Assembly: GCA_902788545.1 (NCBI GenBank)
Contig: CADAKR010000008.1
Location: forward strand, 1-44,225
Direction of reading: 5' to 3'
Origin: an uncultured Coriobacteriaceae bacterium
Lineage (GTDB): Bacteria > Actinomycetota > Coriobacteriia > Coriobacteriales > Eggerthellaceae
Length of the DNA stretch: 44,225 bases
Shown here: positions 28,066 to 38,743 of the stretch, one piece after another
Layout: the number at the start of each line of letters is the position of its first letter
Numbering within the stretch: the first letter of the stretch is position 1
Notes under the pieces: generated by a model
The model's database searches: none
Told to the model about the DNA's origin: nothing
Seen by the model: only the letters and a program-made list of their open reading frames with translations
Translations under genes and position numbers: made by a program

Positions 28066-28632
28066 TTATCCGTTGAAATCCTGCTGGGTTTTCTCGAGCC
28101 CCTGGCTCATGAGGGAAAGCGTTGCCTGAGCAGCCCGGCCGATCGCATAGTCGAAATCATCGGCGGCTTCCTTCTTGGGCACGCTGAGGACGAAGTCGGC
28201 CACGTCCATGCGCCCGGGCGGGCGTCCAACACCGCAGCGCACGCGGAACCAATCGCGCGTGCCGAGCTTGTCGCAGATGGAGCGCAAGCCGTTGTGGCCC
28301 GCATGCCCGCCGCCGAACTTCACGCGCACGGTGCCGGGGTCGATGTCGATCTCGTCGTGGATGACGATGAGGTGATCGGGGTCGATGCCGTATGTGTCGA
28401 GCAGCTTCTTCACCGGGCTGCCGCTCGCGTTCATGAAGCTTTGCGGCTTGGCCAGCACGACGTCGTCATCGCGATACGCGCCCTTGGCCGTCAACGCGCC
28501 GCACTCGTTCTTCCAGTAGCGCGCGCTGCAATCGCCGGCGAGTATGTCGACTGTGCGGAAACCCGCGTTGTGCCGCGTCTCGGCGTATTCCTCGCCTGGG
28601 TTGCCCAAGCCCGCTATGAGCCACTTCGCCAT
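28066..28632 (-). CDS. pth: Peptidyl-tRNA hydrolase
   Basis: 188 aa with the N terminus WLIAGLGNPGEEYAETRHNAGF and a HDEIDI motif. Confidence 0.95.
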   Translation of the reverse strand: MAKWLIAGLGNPGEEYAETRHNAGFRTVDILAGDCSARYWKNECGALTAKGAYRDDDVVLAKPQSFMNASGSPVKKLLDTYGIDPDHLIVIHDEIDIDPGTVRVKFGGGHAGHNGLRSICDKLGTRDWFRVRCGVGRPPGRMDVADFVLSVPKKEAADDFDYAIGRAAQATLSLMSQGLEKTQQDFNG

Positions 28633-28640
28633 GATGATTC

Positions 28641-29858
28641 CTAGAACATGCTAAGGTAGATTGCCCGGGCGTCTTCCATGGTGAGCTTCTGGAAGGCGCC
28701 GAACGGCTCGCCCTTGCTCGCCTTCAGGGTTTCGAGCAGCGGGTCGATGTCGGCAGGCGAAAGGCCGAAGTCGGCGAGCGTCGCGGGCATGCCCAAGCTG
28801 CGGAAGAACGCCTGCAGCTCGTCGATGGCCGCGGTGACGGCATCCTCGATTGCCTCGTCGCGCGGGCAAAACTCCTCTTCGACCGGCTCGATGCCAAACA
28901 CGTCGGAAGCGAAATCCAGGAAGCGCTGCGGATCACTTTTCCACACGTAGCGCATCCACGCGGGCATGACGACGGCCAAGCCGGCGCCGTGCGTGATCTC
29001 GGGGTGATGCGCCGACAGCTCGTGTTCGAGCGCATGGCTTTCCCAGCCGCCCGCGCGTGCGGTCGGAACCAGGCTGCGCCCGCAACCTGCGATGTCGTTA
29101 TGGGCCAGCGTGCCCGCCCACATGATCGTGGCGCGCGCATCGTAGTCGTCGGGCTGCTCGAGCACGCGGGGCGCCGCCTCCATCAAGGCGACGATGAGGC
29201 CGGTCGCGATGTTGTCGGTCACGGGAACCGCGCCTACGCCGCTGAAGTAACGCTCGCAGATGTGCGCGATCATGTCGGTGACGCCGGCCGCCGTCTGGTA
29301 GGTAGGAAGCGTGAACGTGACCCGCGGGTCCATGATGGCGAGCTTCGGGCGGAAGATGTCGCCGTTCGTGCCGAGCTTGCGGTTCTCAGCATCGCAGCTG
29401 ATGACGCACGATGAAGAAGCCTCCGACCCCGCGGCGGGAATCGTCAGCACGACCGCTATCGGCAAGCAAGCCTCGATGGGCTGCTTCTTCACGAAGAAAT
29501 CCCACACGTCGCCTTGGTAGGGCACGCCGAACGCCGTGGCTTTCGCCGCGTCGATGACCGAGCCACCGCCGATGGCGAGAACGCCGTCGACCTGCTCGGT
29601 GCGCGCCTTCTCGATGGCCTCGCGCACCCAGCTCACGTCGGGGTTCGGACGCGCGCCGCCCGCTTCTGCATACGACACGCCCGCAGCGTCGAGCGTTGCC
29701 TTCACGCGGTCGAGCAGCCCCGAGCGCACGACCGAGCCCTGGCCGTACACGAGCAGCACCTTGCCGAACCCGGCTGCCGCCAACTCGGCACCCGTCTGGT
29801 CAATTGCATCGCGTCCGAACACGAACTTGGTCGGCGAGCAGAACACGAAGTCGTTCAT
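28641..29858 (-). CDS. Iron-containing (group III) alcohol dehydrogenase
   Basis: 405 aa with GGGSVIDAAKA and metal-binding His motifs (HALEHELS...HGAGLA). Confidence 0.9.
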   Translation of the reverse strand: MNDFVFCSPTKFVFGRDAIDQTGAELAAAGFGKVLLVYGQGSVVRSGLLDRVKATLDAAGVSYAEAGGARPNPDVSWVREAIEKARTEQVDGVLAIGGGSVIDAAKATAFGVPYQGDVWDFFVKKQPIEACLPIAVVLTIPAAGSEASSSCVISCDAENRKLGTNGDIFRPKLAIMDPRVTFTLPTYQTAAGVTDMIAHICERYFSGVGAVPVTDNIATGLIVALMEAAPRVLEQPDDYDARATIMWAGTLAHNDIAGCGRSLVPTARAGGWESHALEHELSAHHPEITHGAGLAVVMPAWMRYVWKSDPQRFLDFASDVFGIEPVEEEFCPRDEAIEDAVTAAIDELQAFFRSLGMPATLADFGLSPADIDPLLETLKASKGEPFGAFQKLTMEDARAIYLSMF

Positions 29859-29988
29859 GGTTATCTCCTATCGCGACTCTTCAGCGAAACCACAGGGACG
29901 GCTTCTTGCCGCCTTTCCAACTCGATACGCCTTACCCCTTTGCGCGGAGGCGCCTGAGGGGCACCCCGCACATGAACCTGCGCACCAG

Positions 29989-30954
29989 CTAATCGAAGAG
30001 CTTGGAAACGCTGTCGTTGCCATAGACGCACTGAATGGTCTTGGCGACGAGCGGGGCGATGGAAAGCACCTTGATCTTGCCGGTCTGGCGCTCGAGCGGC
30101 ACGGGCACGGCGTCGGTCACGACGACTTCCGAGATCTTCGAGTTCTCGATGCGCTCGTAAGCCGGGCCGCTGAACAGGCCGTGGGTGGCGCACACGTAAA
30201 CGCTTTCGGCGCCGCGCGCGATGAGCGTGTCGGCAGCGGCGCACAGCGTGCCGGCCGTGTCGATCATGTCGTCGTTGATGAGGCAGATCTTGCCGGTGAC
30301 GTCGCCGATGAGCGCCGTGATCTCGGACTGGTTGTGACGCGGGCGGTCCTTGTGCATGATGGCGATGTCGGCGTCGAGCAGCGTCTGGAACTTCTTGGCT
30401 GCCTTCGCGCGGCCCACATCGGGCGAGACGACGCACAGCTTGCCGGGGTCGAAGCCCTTGTTTTTGTAGTAATCGACGAAAATGGGCATGGCCGTCATGT
30501 GGTTGACGGGACCGCTGAAGAAGCCCTGGATGGCATCCTGGTGCAAGTCGATGGCGATGACGCGGTCGACGCCTGCGACTTCGATGAGGTCGGCAACCAG
30601 GCGCGCGGTGATGGGCTCGCGCGGCGCGGCCTTGCGCTCCTGGCGCGCATAGCCGTAATGCGTGACGACGGCGCACACCGAACGGGCCGAGGCGCGATGG
30701 GCGGCATCGGCCATGATGAGCAGCTCCATCAGGGCGTCGTTCACGTCATAGTCGTTGCCCGAGCACACCGATTGCACGATGAACACGTCGGCGCCGCGCA
30801 CGCTGTCGACGTAGCGGGCGTAGATTTCGCCGTTCGCGAACTTCTCGTGCTTCATGTTGCCCAGCGACACGCCCAGCTCGCGGGCGATTCCCTCGGCCAG
30901 GGCCCGGTTCACCGAACCCGAGCACAGCATCATCGTTTTGGTCATTTCCGTCAT
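29989..30954 (-). CDS. prs: Ribose-phosphate pyrophosphokinase
   Basis: 321 aa with HYGYARQERK, VVSPDVGR and the PRPP-binding loop LINDDMIDTAGT. Confidence 0.95.
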   Translation of the reverse strand: MTEMTKTMMLCSGSVNRALAEGIARELGVSLGNMKHEKFANGEIYARYVDSVRGADVFIVQSVCSGNDYDVNDALMELLIMADAAHRASARSVCAVVTHYGYARQERKAAPREPITARLVADLIEVAGVDRVIAIDLHQDAIQGFFSGPVNHMTAMPIFVDYYKNKGFDPGKLCVVSPDVGRAKAAKKFQTLLDADIAIMHKDRPRHNQSEITALIGDVTGKICLINDDMIDTAGTLCAAADTLIARGAESVYVCATHGLFSGPAYERIENSKISEVVVTDAVPVPLERQTGKIKVLSIAPLVAKTIQCVYGNDSVSKLFD

Positions 30955-30990
30955 GCGTCGCTCCTTGCGCTTCGTCGTTCTCAGGCGAAT

Positions 30991-31019
30991 TGGACGTTTG
31001 CCTCAGAGGCAGGCGTCCA
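30991..31019. repeat. Family-1 palindrome (short form) between glmU-like gene and prs
   Basis: TGGACGTTTGCC-TCAGA-GGCAGGCGTCCA; the arms are complementary if G-U pairs are allowed. Confidence 0.5.
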
Positions 31020-31052
31020 GCCTGCTTCCCGTTGATCGGTGGAATCAGTTTA

Positions 31053-31793
31053 CTATGCCGAACCCGCGCGCTTGCGGGCGATGCGCTCGATTTCGGCCAA
31101 TTGCTCGGGCGTGTTTATGCCCAGGCACTCGGTCACGTCGGCGGCTTCGAACGCCAGCACGGCACGGCCGGCGTTGCGGCTGATCTCGAGCACGTCGGTC
31201 AGGTAGAACTCGCCCTGCGCGTTATCGCTGCCGACCTGCCCGAGGGCATCGAAGAGCGCCTTCGCATCGAAGCAGTAGAAGCCGGAGTTGCACTCGCCCA
31301 CCGCGGCTTCTTCCGGCGTGGCGTCCTTCTGCTCGACGATGCGGGCGACCCGGCCGTCCTCGTCGCGGATAATGCGGCCGTAGCCGAAGGGGTCTTCCGG
31401 GCGCATGGTCAACACAACCACTGCCGCGTTTTCGCGTTCGCGCAGGTCGGCGAGGGCGCGCATCGTCTCCGCCGAGATGAGCGGGCAATCGCCTGACAGC
31501 ACGAGCACCGAGCCGTCGAAATCCGCCAGCTCGTCAGCGCACGAGAGCACCGCATCGGCCGTGCCGCGCTGCTCGGCTTGCACGACGATGCGCGCCTTGT
31601 CCTCGACAAGGGGAATTACCTGCTCGCGCTTGTGCCCGACCACGGCCACGATCGTGGAGACGCCCGCTTCCTCGGCGGCATCGACCACCCAGTTCACGAG
31701 CGGCTTGCCCAACACCTCGTGGGCGACTTTCGGCTTTTCGGACTTCATGCGCGTGCCGGCGCCGGCGGCCAGCACGATTGCGGCGGTTTTCAC
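31053..31793 (-). CDS. glmU: GlmU-like sugar-1-phosphate uridylyltransferase, N-terminal domain only
   Basis: 246 aa with AIVLAAGAGTRMKSEKPKV and GTADAV, and the conserved glmU-prs-pth neighbourhood. The ORF stops in the linker, and no left-handed beta-helix repeats follow. Confidence 0.75.
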   Translation of the reverse strand: MKTAAIVLAAGAGTRMKSEKPKVAHEVLGKPLVNWVVDAAEEAGVSTIVAVVGHKREQVIPLVEDKARIVVQAEQRGTADAVLSCADELADFDGSVLVLSGDCPLISAETMRALADLRERENAAVVVLTMRPEDPFGYGRIIRDEDGRVARIVEQKDATPEEAAVGECNSGFYCFDAKALFDALGQVGSDNAQGEFYLTDVLEISRNAGRAVLAFEAADVTECLGINTPEQLAEIERIARKRAGSA

Positions 31794-31905
31794 TTCGCTT
31801 CCTTTCGACGACCCTTCAATCGTTCAGGGGAAGTATAAAACGCGAGCTGCCGCAACAGGGGCTGCGGACGAACGTTACACAGATGCAACGTCAGCCCCGT
31901 GACGT

Positions 31906-31934
31906 TTGTTACATACACCGTTTTGCGCTATCCT
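31906..31934 (+). promoter_or_regulatory. Putative hpf promoter
   Basis: TTGTTA (31906-31911), 17-nt spacer, TATCCT (31929-31934), about 90 nt upstream of the hpf ATG. Confidence 0.35.
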
Positions 31935-32023
31935 GTTCTTTGCAGCTTGAAGAAGGGAGGGCGCACACAAGCTCAACCGCCTGACGTCTGTTTTTTATTC
32001 GCCCACGACAGAAGAGGTACACC

Positions 32024-32608
32024 ATGGCGATCATCGTAACCGGACGCAAAATGACTGTTTCCGATGCACTGCGTCAGTACGCCGAGGAGAAGATCGGCAA
32101 CTCCATGAAGGTCATGGACATCGACCCGCTCGACGCGGAGGTCGTGTTGTCCGTGAAGAAGAATCCGTCCATCGCCCTGCCCTGCCAGTGCGAGGTCACC
32201 ATCCGCACGAAGGGCAACGTCGTGCGCGTCGAGGAAGACGAGCAGGACATGTACGCCGCCATCGACGTGGCCGCTGCAAAGGTGCTGCGCCAGCTGCGCA
32301 AGTACAAGACGCGCGTCATCGACCGCAAGGTGCGCGCCGGCGCCCATGGCGATCCGGCCTCCATCAGGAACATGGACGGCACGGGCGACCTTGACCTTGA
32401 CGCCCTCATGGCCGACCTTGCCGCCGAAGACGAGGTCGTGCGCACGAAGGAAATCGAATTCGAGCCGATGACCGAGGAGGAGGCGCTCATCCAGATCGAC
32501 CTGCTCGGCCACGACTTCTACGCCTTCATCGACCGCGACACCGAGGCGTTCTGCGTGCTGTACCGCCGTGGCGAGGGCGGCTACGGCCTGCTGAAGCAAG
32601 CGCTCTAG
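32024..32608 (+). CDS. hpf: Ribosome hibernation-promoting factor (long form)
   Basis: 194 aa. The N-terminal S30AE domain starts MAIIVTGRKMTVSDALRQYAEEK. The C-terminal dimerisation domain reads PMTEEEALIQIDLLGHDFYAFID. Confidence 0.9.
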   Translation: MAIIVTGRKMTVSDALRQYAEEKIGNSMKVMDIDPLDAEVVLSVKKNPSIALPCQCEVTIRTKGNVVRVEEDEQDMYAAIDVAAAKVLRQLRKYKTRVIDRKVRAGAHGDPASIRNMDGTGDLDLDALMADLAAEDEVVRTKEIEFEPMTEEEALIQIDLLGHDFYAFIDRDTEAFCVLYRRGEGGYGLLKQAL

Positions 32609-32620
32609 AACGGGGGACCC

Positions 32621-32839
32621 ATGACGACCATCGACGCCATCCGCGCTATTCTGGCCGAAAACCTCGACATCGCACCTGAAAGCGTCACCGAGGAATCCAC
32701 GTTCGATTCGCTGAACATCGACTCGCTCGACATGGTGCAGCTCATCTGCGATTTGGAGGACATGCTCGACATCGATTTCGGCGAGCCCGAAGGCTTGCTC
32801 AACGTCGGCGACGTCATCGCCCACATCGAGAGCCTGTAA
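32621..32839 (+). CDS. Acyl carrier protein-like (72 aa)
   Basis: Acidic four-helix-sized protein with the DSLD serine motif (LNIDSLDMVQL). It starts 12 nt after the hpf stop. Confidence 0.75.
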   Translation: MTTIDAIRAILAENLDIAPESVTEESTFDSLNIDSLDMVQLICDLEDMLDIDFGEPEGLLNVGDVIAHIESL

Positions 32840-32862
32840 GCCAGCTTTTCAGTTGGCTCCGT

Positions 32863-32893
32863 GGGGGGTGCTTTCGTGGCGCCCCTCTTTTTT
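32863..32893 (+). terminator. Rho-independent terminator of hpf-acp
   Basis: 9-bp stem GGGGGGTGC/GCGCCCCTC (two G-U pairs), 7-nt loop, then TTTTTT. Confidence 0.7.
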
Positions 32894-32992
32894 CGCCGTT
32901 GAACAGCCACGTGAAGCTGCCCCGCGAAGCAATCGGGCCGCAGGGGGCCGAAGGCCCATCGGCCTTGCGCAAAAGCGTTCCCGCAACGCCGT

Positions 32993-34285
32993 TTACGATG
33001 CGAGCGCCTTTTTGATTTCCGAAATCGAGTAAAGGCTGCCGAACGCGCAAATCGTCCCAAGGCCCGCTATCTGGCGGGCCTTTTCAACGCCCTCGGCGAA
33101 GCTCGACGCCACGGCGATCTGCACATCGGCATCGCCTACTTGCGCGCGGATGGCCTCGGCGAGATCGGCTGCCTCGAGCTTGCGCGGGTTCGGCGGCGTG
33201 ACGCAGACGAACGCGCCTGCAAGCGGCAACACCTCGGCGATCATGCCCGGATAATCCTTGTCGGCCAGCACGCTCATGAGGAACGTGATGCGCCTGCCCG
33301 GGAACACGTCGCGCAGGCTTTCGGCCAGGACGGCCGCGCCCTGCGGGTTGTGCCCGCCGTCGACGATGATGGTCGGCTGGCCCGTTGACACGACTTCGAA
33401 GCGACCGGGCCAGCTGGTCTGGTATATGCCCTCGACCATGGTATCGTATTCGATGTTCCAACCACGGCGGGCAAGCGCGCAGGCGGCCTCGATGGCGAGC
33501 GCCGCGTTGTACGGCTGATAGCTTGCGAGCAAGCGCGTGTGGAACAGGCGCCCGTCGTAGAAGAACTTGCGCACGCCCATCTCGTCGATATCGCGCACCA
33601 GCAGCGCGTCGAAATCGGGCACGACGAGCTCGCAGCCGCATTCGGCCGCCTTCTGTTCGACTACCTTCATGGCCCCTTCGTCGTCCTGCGGCCACGACAC
33701 GACCGTCGACCCCGCCTTGATGATGCCCGCCTTCTCGCCCGCGATGGCCTCGATGGTGTCGCCGAGCATGTCCGTGTGGTCGAGCCCGAGCCGCACGATG
33801 ACGGCGACTTCGGGCGCGTCGATGATGTTCGTCGAGTCGAGCCGGCCGCCCATCCCCACCTCGCATACCACGATGTCGCATTGCGAGCGGGCAAAATGCT
33901 CGAACGCCACGGCGGTCATGAGCTCGAATTCGGTGGGATGCTCGCCGTTGGCCTTTGCCATGGCCTCGGCATGCTCGCGCACGAACAACGTGACGTCGAG
34001 CAGGTCGCTTTTCGGGATGTTCTCGCCGTTCACGCGTATGCGCTCTTCGAAGTCGATGATGTAGGGGCTTGTGAACAAGCCCGTGCGATACCCCGCCGCC
34101 TGCAGCACGCTGGCGATGTAGGCGCAGGTCGATCCCTTGCCGTTCGTTCCCGCCACGTGCACGAACTTCAGTTTGTCCTGCGGACGTCCCATGCGGTCGA
34201 GCAGCTCGCGCGTGCGGTCGAGCCCCAACCGCACCTTCTGCCACCGCGGTTCGTTGATGTAAGCAATCGGGTCGAATTCGGTCAT
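32993..34285 (-). CDS. folC: Folylpolyglutamate synthase/dihydrofolate synthase
   Basis: 430 aa with the P-loop HVAGTNGKGST, and Mur-ligase-like middle and C-terminal domains. Confidence 0.9.
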   Translation of the reverse strand: MTEFDPIAYINEPRWQKVRLGLDRTRELLDRMGRPQDKLKFVHVAGTNGKGSTCAYIASVLQAAGYRTGLFTSPYIIDFEERIRVNGENIPKSDLLDVTLFVREHAEAMAKANGEHPTEFELMTAVAFEHFARSQCDIVVCEVGMGGRLDSTNIIDAPEVAVIVRLGLDHTDMLGDTIEAIAGEKAGIIKAGSTVVSWPQDDEGAMKVVEQKAAECGCELVVPDFDALLVRDIDEMGVRKFFYDGRLFHTRLLASYQPYNAALAIEAACALARRGWNIEYDTMVEGIYQTSWPGRFEVVSTGQPTIIVDGGHNPQGAAVLAESLRDVFPGRRITFLMSVLADKDYPGMIAEVLPLAGAFVCVTPPNPRKLEAADLAEAIRAQVGDADVQIAVASSFAEGVEKARQIAGLGTICAFGSLYSISEIKKALAS

Positions 34286-34334
34286 GGCCTGTCCTTTCGC
34301 GAATGTGACAGCGGGGTCCAGCCCCGCTGCCGCA

Positions 34335-34898
34335 TCATTCCTTCAGCAGCCTTCCCAGCGTGGCGAAGTCGTTTTCGAGCGCTTCCCACTTCGAGTGGTC
34401 GTAAATGGCCGCAGCCGGATGGTAGATCGGGAACACCTTGAAACGGCCCGCTTTCTGCAGCGTGCCGTGCAAACGCGTGATGCCCATGTCGGTCTTCAGG
34501 ATGAACTTCGTGGCGAAGTTTCCCAGCGTCACGATGAACTCGGGGTCGATCGTGCGCGTCTGCTCGCGCAGGAACGGCGTGCACACCTCGATTTCCTCGG
34601 GGCGCGGGTCGCGGTTTCCAGGCGGGCGGCACTTCAGCACGTTGGCGATGAACACGTCTTCGCGTTGCAGGCCGGCGATTTCGAGCAGCGTGTTCAGGTT
34701 CTGCCCCGCCTTGCCCACGAACGGCACGCCTTGCAGGTCCTCGTTCTTGCCCGGCGCCTCGCCGACGAACAGCACGCGGGCGTTCGGGTTTCCGTCGCCG
34801 AACACGGTTTGCGTGCGCCCTTCGGCCAGCGGGCACGCATGGCAGGAGGCCACTTGCGCGCGCAGCTCGTCGAGCGGAATGTGCGGTTTGCTAGACAT
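34335..34898 (-). CDS. Uracil-DNA glycosylase, family 4
   Basis: 187 aa with CHACPL, GEAPGKNED and PFVGKAGQ motifs. The start overlaps the alr stop (ATGTCTAG). Confidence 0.85.
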   Translation of the reverse strand: MSSKPHIPLDELRAQVASCHACPLAEGRTQTVFGDGNPNARVLFVGEAPGKNEDLQGVPFVGKAGQNLNTLLEIAGLQREDVFIANVLKCRPPGNRDPRPEEIEVCTPFLREQTRTIDPEFIVTLGNFATKFILKTDMGITRLHGTLQKAGRFKVFPIYHPAAAIYDHSKWEALENDFATLGRLLKE

Positions 34899-36243
34899 AG
34901 ATCCTCTTCATCCTGATTCCGAAGCCACAGGCCAGCTCGTAATGGATGGTGCCGAGCTTGTCGGCCATCTCGTCGAGTGTCACCTCGGCGATTCCCTGCG
35001 ATCCGACGATGATCACCTCGTCGCCGACCTGCGGGTCGATGCGCTCGCGCGTGCCGTAGCTGCGCATGTCGACTTCGAACATGCACTGGTCCATGCAGAT
35101 GTTGCCCACCTGGCGGAAGTAGCGTCCGCCCATGATGAAGTCGGTGTTGCTCGAAAGGCCGCGGCGCAGGCCGTCGGCATAGCCGACGGGGACGGTGCAG
35201 ATCTTCACCGAGCCGGGGCTGCGGTAATGCAGGCCATACGACACGCCCTCGCTCATGGGAACGAGCCGCGTGTCGGTGATGCGCGCATGCACGCTCATGG
35301 CCGGGCGGAGGTTGACGAGGTTGCGTGTTTCAGGGCACGGGTGCAGGCCATACAGCGAGACGCCGAGGCGCACCATGTCAAAATGCACGTCGGGATACCG
35401 GTAAATCGAGGCCGAGTTGGCAGAATGCACGATACCCGGCTCGAAGCCCGCCGCCTGGATGGCGTTGACGGCATCCACGAAGCGGTTCGCTTGAATGTTG
35501 AAATCGAGCGTCTCGGGGCTGTCGGCCGTCGCGTAGTGCGTGAACACGCCTTCCAGTTCGAGCGCGCGATGGAAGCTCACTTGATGCAGGAACTCGACCA
35601 CCTGGTCGAAGCGCACGCCGATGCGGTTCATGCCCGTGTTGACGGCCAGATGGTACGGGGCCTTCACGCCATGCAGGTCGGCCGCCTCCCCGTAGGCGAC
35701 GGCGAAATCGGGCTCGTAGACGGTGGGTATGATGTGGTAGCCCAAAAGCAGCGGGATGGAGGTGATAGGCGGCTGCGCCAGGATGAGGATGGGCACCGTG
35801 ATGCCGGCCTTGCGCAACTCGACGGCCTCGGGGACGGTGGCCACAGCCAAACGGTCGGCGCCCGCACCGAGGGCCGCCTTCGACACCTCGACGGCTCCGT
35901 GGCCATAGGCGTCGGCCTTCACGACCGCCGTCATGCGGCAGCGCGGTTTCAAGAAGCGCCTGGTTTCGGCGACGTTGTGGCGGATGGCGGACAAATCGAT
36001 TTCCACCCAGGCCCAGCGTTGGTCGAGCGGCGGGATATCGTCGATTTTGTCGACGTCGAAGGGCAGCTCGGTTTCCACCCGGCGCCCCGAATCGAGGTCG
36101 CGTGCGTACTGGAACGACCCGTGCACGGCCGGCTCGGCCGCAGGCCTTTCCTCGTGCTGGCGGCGGATGGCGTCGGCCGCCGATTCGAACCCTTCGCGAT
36201 CAACACCCGCGAATCCCGTGAACCCATTTGGCAAATCGTTCAT
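34891..36243 (-). CDS. alr: Alanine racemase with ~75-aa N-terminal extension
   Basis: 450 aa with the PLP-lysine motif AVVKADAYGHG. The canonical start region WVEIDLSAIRHN sits about 75 aa into the ORF. AGGGAG RBS 5 nt upstream of ATG 36243. Confidence 0.9.
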   Translation of the reverse strand: MNDLPNGFTGFAGVDREGFESAADAIRRQHEERPAAEPAVHGSFQYARDLDSGRRVETELPFDVDKIDDIPPLDQRWAWVEIDLSAIRHNVAETRRFLKPRCRMTAVVKADAYGHGAVEVSKAALGAGADRLAVATVPEAVELRKAGITVPILILAQPPITSIPLLLGYHIIPTVYEPDFAVAYGEAADLHGVKAPYHLAVNTGMNRIGVRFDQVVEFLHQVSFHRALELEGVFTHYATADSPETLDFNIQANRFVDAVNAIQAAGFEPGIVHSANSASIYRYPDVHFDMVRLGVSLYGLHPCPETRNLVNLRPAMSVHARITDTRLVPMSEGVSYGLHYRSPGSVKICTVPVGYADGLRRGLSSNTDFIMGGRYFRQVGNICMDQCMFEVDMRSYGTRERIDPQVGDEVIIVGSQGIAEVTLDEMADKLGTIHYELACGFGIRMKRIYV

Positions 36244-36321
36244 GAGCGCTCCCTGTCGAGAATGGTAGTACGCCCATCATACGCCATTTGGAAACACCTT
36301 TTCCCTCAGGAACCACTCACG

Positions 36322-36369
36322 TGGACGCTTGCCTCAGAGGTGGACGTGCGCCTCTGAGGCAAGCGTCCA
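36322..36369. repeat. Family-1 palindrome, long form (19-bp perfect arms)
   Basis: TGGACGCTTGCCTCAGAGG-TGGACGTGCG-CCTCTGAGGCAAGCGTCCA, in the divergent alr/ecfT intergenic region. Confidence 0.65.
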
Positions 36370-36403
36370 GTTTTGGGTGCTGGGTGGTTGCTATACTGAG
36401 CGA

Positions 36404-38558
<2,155 letters not shown>

Positions 38559-38597
38559 AAGAAACATTCTCGTTTCGGGATAAATCGCGGTATGATG

Positions 38598-38630
38598 GTT
38601 GCGCTCCCTTTTCGGGGGCGCAACTGTTTT
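38598..38630 (+). terminator. Rho-independent terminator of eno
   Basis: 11-bp stem GTTGCGCTCCC/GGGGGCGCAAC (one G-U pair), then TGTTTT. Confidence 0.7.
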
Positions 38631-38743
38631 GCAAGCGCGATAACCTCGCAGGAGCGCTTTCACGGCATCCGTCAACCGAAGCAGGCGGACGTCGTGAAAG
38701 CGCCCCTTCGGGACTTGCGCTCGAAGGCTTGAAAGGAACGACT

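Noticed and set aside
34438-36357. 639-aa + strand ORF
   Set aside because: Antisense to udg and alr; a shadow ORF. The same reasoning applies to 6353-8131 (+), 16902-18524 (+), 18796-20439 (+), 21897-23345 (+), 29536-31035 (+), 4377-5897 (-), 33084-34244 (-), 39844-40989 (-), 31973-32824 (-) and the other Arg/Pro/Gly-rich ORFs in the track.
38631-38743. Moco riboswitch upstream of moeA
   Set aside because: A structured leader is present, but I could not recognise the conserved Moco-motif core. It is recorded as a low-interest hairpin finding instead.
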